4,749 nt of DNA from a virus (lineage: Duplodnaviria; Heunggongvirae; Uroviricota; Caudoviricetes). Made by a program: the position numbers and the translations under genes. The notes below the pieces were generated by a model, which was given only the letters and a program-made list of their open reading frames with translations, was not told the DNA's origin and searched no databases. Each line of letters opens with the position of its first letter. Within the stretch, counting starts at the first letter, position 1. The stretch lies in IMG/VR virus record IMGVR_UViG_2706794683_000002; one strand, given 5' to 3'. Shown here piece after piece: positions 1 through 4,749 of the stretch.

Positions 1-168
1 GCTGGCAATTTCAGAACATCGACGCTTCTTCGCAAAATAAACCAGGGCTATATCAAAGGCGCATGTGACCAGCTATGTCGCTGGACATATGCTGGCGGTA
101 AGCAATGGAAAGGGCTGATGACCCGTCGTGAGATTGAGCGTGAAGTCTGTTTGTGGGGGCAGCAATGA
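1..168 (+). CDS. Phage endolysin (lysozyme-type), C-terminal fragment; 5' end lies outside the window
   Basis: Frame 1 is open from position 1 to TGA at 166-168 and translates to ...[48 protein letters not shown]. This resembles the C-terminus of phage lysozyme-type endolysins as I recall them. It sits immediately upstream of Rz/Rz1, the canonical lysis-cassette order, and its stop overlaps the Rz ATG (ATGA). Confidence 0.75.
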   Translation, partial: AGNFRTSTLLRKINQGYIKGACDQLCRWTYAGGKQWKGLMTRREIEREVCLWGQQ

Positions 169-629
169 GCAGAGTCACCGCGATTATCTCCGCTCTGGTT
201 ATCTGCATCATCGTCTGCCTGTCATGGGCTGTTAATCATTACCGTGATAACGCCATTACCTACAAAGAGCAGCGCGACAAAAACGCAAGAGAACTGAAGC
301 TGGCGAACGCAACCATTACTGACATGCAGCAGAGACAGCGTGATGTTAATGCACTCGATGCTAAATACACGAAGGAGTTAGCTGATGCGAAAGCTGAAAA
401 TGAAACTCTGCGCGCTGATGTTGCCGCTGGTCGTCGTCGGTTGCACATCAAAGCAGTCTGTCAGTCAGTGCGTGAAGCCACCACCGCCTCCGGCGTGGAT
501 AATGCAACCAGCCCCCGACTGGCAGACACCGCTGAACGGGATTATTTCACCCTCAGAGAGCGGCTGATGACGATGCAGATGCAACTGGAAGGGGCACAGG
601 AGTATATCCGCACTCAGTGCATTAAGTAG
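165..629 (+). CDS. Rz: Rz i-spanin (inner-membrane spanin subunit)
   Basis: The ORF translates to [29 protein letters not shown]...: an N-terminal transmembrane segment followed by a charged, likely coiled-coil periplasmic domain, closely resembling lambda Rz from memory. The ORF track starts at GTG 153; ATG 165, preceded by GGGGG, is the more likely start. It follows the endolysin and contains Rz1. Confidence 0.9.
   Translation: MSRVTAIISALVICIIVCLSWAVNHYRDNAITYKEQRDKNARELKLANATITDMQQRQRDVNALDAKYTKELADAKAENETLRADVAAGRRRLHIKAVCQSVREATTASGVDNATSPRLADTAERDYFTLRERLMTMQMQLEGAQEYIRTQCIK
385..567 (+). CDS. Rz1: Rz1 o-spanin (outer-membrane lipoprotein), embedded in the +1 frame of Rz
   Basis: A 60-aa ORF lies wholly inside Rz in another frame: [24 protein letters not shown]...PPPPP.... 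It has a signal peptide with lipobox VVGC and a proline-rich mature part, the hallmark of Rz1. A strong RBS (AAGGAG, 372-377) sits 7 nt upstream of ATG 385. Confidence 0.85.
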   Translation: MRKLKMKLCALMLPLVVVGCTSKQSVSQCVKPPPPPAWIMQPAPDWQTPLNGIISPSESG

Positions 630-671
630 CCTTTTTATCGTGGTAAACATTTCGCAGGGTATGAGGTATTT

Positions 672-1022
672 ATGCCATCACTAATCCCACGTGCCTGCCG
701 TAAGCGTGGATGTGCAGGTACAACCACAGACAGTTCGGGTTACTGCGATAAACATCGCGGTGAAGGCTGGGTGCAGCACCAGCGCGGACTGAGCCGCCAC
801 CAGCGTGGCTATGGCTCAAAATGGACGGTGATTCGTGCCCGTATTCTGAAGCGCGATAAAGGTCTGTGTCAGTTGTGTCTGCGTGTCGGTGTGGTGAGCG
901 AGGCGAAAACCGTCGACCACATCATCCCGAAAGCGCATGGCGGAACAGACGCAGACAGCAACCTGCAGAGTCTGTGCTGGCCCTGCCATAAAGCGAAAAC
1001 AGCGCGCGAACGAATCCGGTGA
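672..1022 (+). CDS. HNH endonuclease, phage terminase-associated type (HK97 gp74-like)
   Basis: 116-aa ORF with an N-terminal Cys/His cluster (CRKRGC...C..H) and a C-terminal HNH motif (C..C...DHIIP..HGG....NLQSLC..CH). RBS GAGG lies upstream of ATG 672. Its position immediately upstream of the terminase genes is the typical HK97-like arrangement. Confidence 0.88.
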   Translation: MPSLIPRACRKRGCAGTTTDSSGYCDKHRGEGWVQHQRGLSRHQRGYGSKWTVIRARILKRDKGLCQLCLRVGVVSEAKTVDHIIPKAHGGTDADSNLQSLCWPCHKAKTARERIR

Positions 1023-1069
1023 TAATTATTCTCACTTGTAGGGAGGGGCGGGGCAAATCCCTGTGACCT

Positions 1070-1279
1070 NNNNNNNNNNNNNNNNNNNNNNNNNNNNNNN
1101 NNNNNNNNNNNNNNNNNNNNNNNNNNNNNNNNNNNNNNNNNNNNNNNNNNNNNNNNNNNNNNNNNNNNNNNNNNNNNNNNNNNNNNNNNNNNNNNNNNNN
1201 NNNNNNNNNNNNNNNNNNNNNNNNNNNNNNNNNNNNNNNNNNNNNNNNNNNNNNNNNNNNNNNNNNNNNNNNNNNNNNN
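1070..1279. other. Run of 210 N (assembly gap or masked sequence)
   Basis: Uninterrupted n characters from 1070 to 1279. ORF-track entries made of X residues across this span are artefacts. Confidence 0.99.
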
Positions 1280-1589
1280 GACAACCAAAGAACTCTGCGG
1301 TCAGGGCCTGCTGTGCGTGACTGACCTGGCGGTACTTGAGCGGTGGTGCGTGGCCTATGAGTTCTGGCGACGTGCCGTGAAAAATATTGCCATACAGGGC
1401 AACACCATCACCGGTGCAATGGGCGGCAGGGTCAAAAATCCGGAGCTGACCGCCAAAAAAGAACAGGAGTCCGAGATGAGCAGCACGGGGGCAATGCTCG
1501 GACTCGACCCCAGCAGCCGCCAGCGTCTGATTGGCCTGGCGGGGCAGAAGAAAGCCACTAACCCGTTTCTGAAAATTATCGAATCATGA
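1280..1589 (+). CDS. Terminase small subunit (P27/HK97-type), 3' portion; 5' end hidden in the N gap
   Basis: The frame is open from the gap edge (1281) to TGA 1587-1589, with no stop between the gap and the first in-frame ATG at 1317. Translation is ...[75 protein letters not shown].... Only about 102 codons are visible, so the true start is probably inside the gap. Its stop overlaps the large terminase start (ATGA at 1586). Confidence 0.78.
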
Positions 1590-3319
1590 GCCGGAAATCT
1601 TACCCCAACGTAAATGCTGCAAATCAGTATGCCCGGGATGTCGTGCGCGGAAAGATTGTTGCCTGCCAGTTTGTGATTCAGGCCTGCCAGCGCCATCTTG
1701 ATGACCTGATGGCGGAAAAAAGTAAGTCGTTTCGTTACCGCTTCGACAAGGACCTGGCTGAACGGGCCGCGAAATTTATTCAGCTGTTGCCGCACACCAA
1801 GGGGGAGTGGGCATTCAAACGGATGCCCATCACGCTGGAGCCGTGGCAGCTATTTGTGATCTGCTGTGCGTTTGGCTGGGTCAATAAAGGCACCCGGTTG
1901 CGCCGCTTCCGGGAGGTGTACACCGAAATCCCCCGTAAGAACGGCAAATCAGCAATCTCTGCCGGTGTTGCCCTGTATTGTTTTGCCTGTGATAACGAGT
2001 TTGGCGCGGAAGTGTATTCCGGTGCCACGACAGAGAAACAGGCGTGGGAAGTCTTTCGCCCGGCGCGACTGATGTGTAAACGCACACCCATGCTGACGGA
2101 AGCGTTCGGGATTGAGGTTAACGCCTCAAACATGAACCGTCCGGAGGATGGCGCGCGGTTTGAACCGCTGATCGGCAACCCAGGTGATGGTTCATCACCC
2201 CACTGTGCCGTGGTTGATGAATATCACGAGCATGCCACCGATGCGCTTTATACCACAATGCTTACCGGGATGGGGGCGCGACGTCAGCCACTGATGTGGG
2301 CCATCACCACCGCCGGGTACAACATTGAGGGGCCGTGCTACGACAAGCGGCGGGAAGTCATCGAGATGCTCAACGGCTCGGTGCCTAACGATGAACTGTT
2401 CGGGATCATCTATACCGTTGATGAAGGTGACGACTGGACCGGCCCGCAGGTGCTGGAAAAAGCCAATCCAAATATTGGCGTGTCGGTTTATCGCGAATTT
2501 TTGTTAAGTCAGCAGCAGCGTGCGAAAAATAACGCCCGTCTGGCAAACGTCTTTAAAACAAAACACCTCAATATCTGGGTGTCGGCGCGTTCGGCGTATT
2601 TCAACTTGGTGAGCTGGCAGAGCTGCGAGGATAAATCACTGACCCTTGAGCAGTTCGAGGGGCAGCCGTGCATTCTGGCCTTTGACCTGGCGCGTAAGCT
2701 GGATATGAACAGCATGGCGCGACTTTATACCCGCGAGATTGACGGTAAAACGCATTACTACAGTGTGGCCCCGCGTTTCTGGGTACCGTATGACACGGTG
2801 TACAGCGTCGAGAAAAATGAAGATCGACGGACAGCCGAACGCTTTCAGAAATGGGTGGAAATGGGCGTTCTGACCGTTACCGATGGTGCGGAGGTGGATT
2901 ATCGCTACATCCTCGAGGAGGCCAAAGCGGCGAACAAAATCAGCCCGGTCAGTGAGTCACCCATCGACCCCTTCGGGGCGACCGGGTTGTCACATGACCT
3001 TGCTGATGAAGACCTGAATCCCGTCACTATCGTCCAGAACTTCACCAATATGTCCGATCCGATGAAAGAGCTGGAAGCAGCGATTGAATCGGGACGTTTT
3101 CATCATGACGGCAATCCCATCATGACCTGGTGTATCGGCAACGTGGTCGGCAAAAACATGCCGGGTAACGATGATGTGGTGAAACCCGTCAAAGAGCAGG
3201 CGGAAAACAAAATCGATGGTGCAGTTGCGCTGATTATGGCGGTTGGCAGAGCCATGCTGTACGAGAAAGAAGACACGCTGTCTGACCACATTGAGTCCTA
3301 CGGGATCCGCTCGCTTTAA
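1586..3319 (+). CDS. Terminase large subunit (ATPase plus nuclease)
   Basis: 577-aa ORF with a Walker A-like motif EIPRKNGKS (GKS at nt 1943-1951), a Walker B-like motif CAVVDEYHE (DE at nt 2216-2221) and C-terminal acidic nuclease-type motifs ([23 protein letters not shown]). It is translationally coupled to the small terminase. Confidence 0.95.
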   Translation: MSRKSYPNVNAANQYARDVVRGKIVACQFVIQACQRHLDDLMAEKSKSFRYRFDKDLAERAAKFIQLLPHTKGEWAFKRMPITLEPWQLFVICCAFGWVNKGTRLRRFREVYTEIPRKNGKSAISAGVALYCFACDNEFGAEVYSGATTEKQAWEVFRPARLMCKRTPMLTEAFGIEVNASNMNRPEDGARFEPLIGNPGDGSSPHCAVVDEYHEHATDALYTTMLTGMGARRQPLMWAITTAGYNIEGPCYDKRREVIEMLNGSVPNDELFGIIYTVDEGDDWTGPQVLEKANPNIGVSVYREFLLSQQQRAKNNARLANVFKTKHLNIWVSARSAYFNLVSWQSCEDKSLTLEQFEGQPCILAFDLARKLDMNSMARLYTREIDGKTHYYSVAPRFWVPYDTVYSVEKNEDRRTAERFQKWVEMGVLTVTDGAEVDYRYILEEAKAANKISPVSESPIDPFGATGLSHDLADEDLNPVTIVQNFTNMSDPMKELEAAIESGRFHHDGNPIMTWCIGNVVGKNMPGNDDVVKPVKEQAENKIDGAVALIMAVGRAMLYEKEDTLSDHIESYGIRSL

Positions 3320-3330
3320 CTGAGGTAATT

Positions 3331-3513
3331 ATGATCATGCTGATTCTCGCGCCTCTGGTGGGCGTGCTGGGTGCGCTTTTGCTGGCGTATGGTGCCTGGC
3401 TGATTTATCCCCCGGCGGGTTTTGTTGTTGCCGGGGCGCTGTGCCTGTTCTGGTCGTGGCTGGTGGCGCGATATCTCGACCGTACACGGCAGTCTGTCGG
3501 CGGAGGTAAATAG
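3331..3513 (+). CDS. Small hydrophobic protein (about 60 aa, two predicted transmembrane segments), function unknown
   Basis: RBS GAGG (3322-3325) lies 5 nt upstream of ATG 3331. The product [60 protein letters not shown] has two hydrophobic stretches. Its TAG stop (3511-3513) overlaps a GTG at 3513 that is a likely portal start. No family is recognised. Confidence 0.5.
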   Translation: MIMLILAPLVGVLGALLLAYGAWLIYPPAGFVVAGALCLFWSWLVARYLDRTRQSVGGGK

Positions 3514-4669
3514 TGTTCTTTTCGGGATTATTTCAACGAAAAAGCGATGTGCCGGTGACCACGCCAGCAGAACTGCTGATGCTATCGGGCTGTCATACGA
3601 CACCTATACCGGAAAGCGGATCAGTAGCCAGCGGGCCATGCGCCTGACGGCGGTCTATTCTTGCGTCAGGGTGCTGGCAGAGTCTGTTGGTATGCTGCCC
3701 TGCAGTCTCTACAAAATCAGCGGTACCCTGAAAACACGGGCGGTGGATGAACGACTGCATAAGTTGGTTTCGGCAAAACCTAATGGCTACATGACACCGC
3801 AGGAATTCTGGGAGCTGGTTATTGTCTGCCTGTGTCTACGGGGGAATTTTTACGCCTACAAGGTAAAGGCACTGGGAGAAGTGGTGGAGCTTCTTCCGAT
3901 AGATCCGGGCTGTGTGGAACCGAAGCTGAACAGCCAGTGGCAGCCGGTTTATCAGGTGACGTTTCCGGATGGTTCCGTGGATGTGTTGACCCAGAATGAA
4001 ATCTGGCATGTGCGCACCCTGACGCTGGATGGACTTGTCGGGCTGAATCCCATTGCGTATGCGCGTGAGGCCATTTCACTGGCAGCGGCAACCGAGGAGC
4101 ACGGTGCCAGGTTGTTTAGTAATGGTGCGGTGACATCCGGTGTGTTGCGTACGGAACAAAAGCTCACGCCGGATGCTTACGAGCGTCTGAAGAAAGATTT
4201 TGAGGAGTGTCACACGGGGCTTGGCAATGCTCACCGCCCGATGATTCTGGAAATGGGGCTGGACTGGAAGTCGATGGCGCTGAACGCCGAGGACAGTCAG
4301 TTCCTGGAAACCCGCAAGTTTCAGCTGGAAGAAATCTGTCGTCTGTTCCGGGTGCCGTTGCACATGGTGCAGAACACCGATCGCGCCACCTTCAACAATA
4401 TCGAAGAGCTGGGGCTGGGATTTATCAACTATTCACTGGTGCCGTATCTGACCCGCATCGAACAGCGGATCAACACCGGACTGGTACGAAAAAGTAAGCA
4501 GGGCGTTTATTACGCCAAATTTAACGCCGGGGCGTTACTGCGCGGGGATATGAAGTCCCGTTTTGAAGCCTACGCCACCGGGATCAACTGGGGAATTTAC
4601 TCTTCCAATGACTGCCGCGACCTGGAAGATATGAATCCGCGTCCCGGTGGTGTAATGCCGATCAGTTAA
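3513..4669 (+). CDS. Portal protein (HK97-family type), with an apparent frameshift near 3573-3580 (sequencing error or pseudogenising indel)
   Basis: A long frame-2 ORF ends at TAA 4667-4669 and contains a motif I recognise as portal-like (RAMRLTAVYSCVRVLAESVGMLP), at the expected position after the large terminase. The best start signal is GGAGG (3502-3506) then GTG 3513, but that is in frame 0, which runs only 44 codons ([26 protein letters not shown]...) to TGA 3645-3647. The frame-2 ORF has no RBS-backed start; its in-frame ATGs are at 3422 (inside the upstream small ORF) and 3638. Joining frame 0 to frame 2 near 3575 gives a plausible continuous N-terminus. Confidence 0.85.
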
Positions 4670-4700
4670 GGATCAGTTGACCGATCCAGTGGCTGTGTAA

Positions 4701-4737
4701 GAATCCGGAAACGCTCACTTGTTTCCGGATTTTTTTA
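4701..4737 (+). terminator. Putative rho-independent terminator downstream of the portal
   Basis: Perfect 11-bp inverted repeat, aatccggaaac (4702-4712) and gtttccggatt (4721-4731), with an 8-nt loop, running into a T-tract (4730-4736). The orientation (T-run 3' of the stem on +) fits termination of + strand transcription. Confidence 0.55.
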
Positions 4738-4749
4738 TGCACATTGGAC

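Noticed and set aside
260-650. Minus-strand ORFs 260..451 and 465..650 within the Rz region
   Set aside because: Antisense to Rz/Rz1, which are strongly supported; no independent evidence. The + strand ORF 385..567 in the same region is kept as Rz1.
869-1320. Three ORF-track entries (869..1288 -, 922..1284 -, 1063..1320 +) consisting largely of X residues
   Set aside because: They are produced by translating the 210-nt N run and carry no sequence information.
1355-1795. 146-aa minus-strand ORF antisense to the small and large terminase genes
   Set aside because: It is entirely antisense to two well-supported, motif-bearing + strand genes, and I see no RBS or recognisable domain. It is most likely a chance open frame in GC-rich coding DNA.
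3422-3512. Upstream extension of the portal ORF to ATG 3422, as in the ORF track
   Set aside because: This stretch overlaps the RBS-supported small membrane ORF in a different frame, has no ribosome-binding site, and its translation ([17 protein letters not shown]...) looks like a chance open frame. The GTG 3513 start with GGAGG is far better supported.
3549-3600. Programmed ribosomal frameshift as the explanation for the portal frame change
   Set aside because: There is no slippery heptamer of the X XXY YYZ type or obvious downstream stimulatory structure at the frame junction. Portals are not known to use programmed frameshifting, so an indel is more likely.
1780-3603. Several minus-strand ORFs of 60-132 aa (1780..2178, 1881..2087, 2509..2715, 2990..3289, 3103..3291, 3316..3603) and + strand alternate-frame ORFs (1866..2072, 2325..2507)
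   Set aside because: All lie inside or antisense to the large terminase or the small ORF. Their compositions are Arg/Ser/Cys-rich, typical of off-frame translation, and none has a start signal.
3819-4497. Alternate-frame and antisense ORFs inside the portal gene (3819..4091 -, 3952..4167 -, 4076..4363 -, 4207..4497 +)
   Set aside because: They are embedded in the portal coding frame, with low-complexity Pro/Arg/Ser-rich translations and no start signals.
1-4749. Possibility of a defence system, CRISPR array, toxin-antitoxin pair or integrative element in the window
   Set aside because: No repeat-spacer periodicity, no tRNA-like sequence, no integrase or recombinase, and no ORFs with nuclease/ATPase signatures other than the terminase and its HNH partner, all of which are explained by the phage packaging module.

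Overview
This window reads as a conventional late-gene segment of a lambdoid, HK97-like prophage from an enterobacterial host, all on the + strand; I found no convincing novel system in it. In order: the 3' end of a lysozyme-type endolysin, the Rz/Rz1 spanin pair (Rz1 embedded out of frame inside Rz), an HNH endonuclease of the terminase-associated type, a 210-nt run of N (1070..1279) that hides the expected cos region and the 5' end of the small terminase gene, the 3' part of a small terminase, a complete large terminase, a 60-aa hydrophobic ORF, and a portal gene followed by a hairpin plus T-tract. Genes are tightly packed with overlapping stop/start codons, as expected for a phage late operon. 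No CRISPR array, tRNA, rRNA or defence-system signature is visible. The points worth a second look are an apparent frameshift at the 5' end of the portal gene, the small membrane ORF wedged between large terminase and portal, the N gap sitting where cos should be, and a terminator-like hairpin with a GATC cluster right after the portal. All protein family assignments are from recalled family features and motif reading, not from any search.
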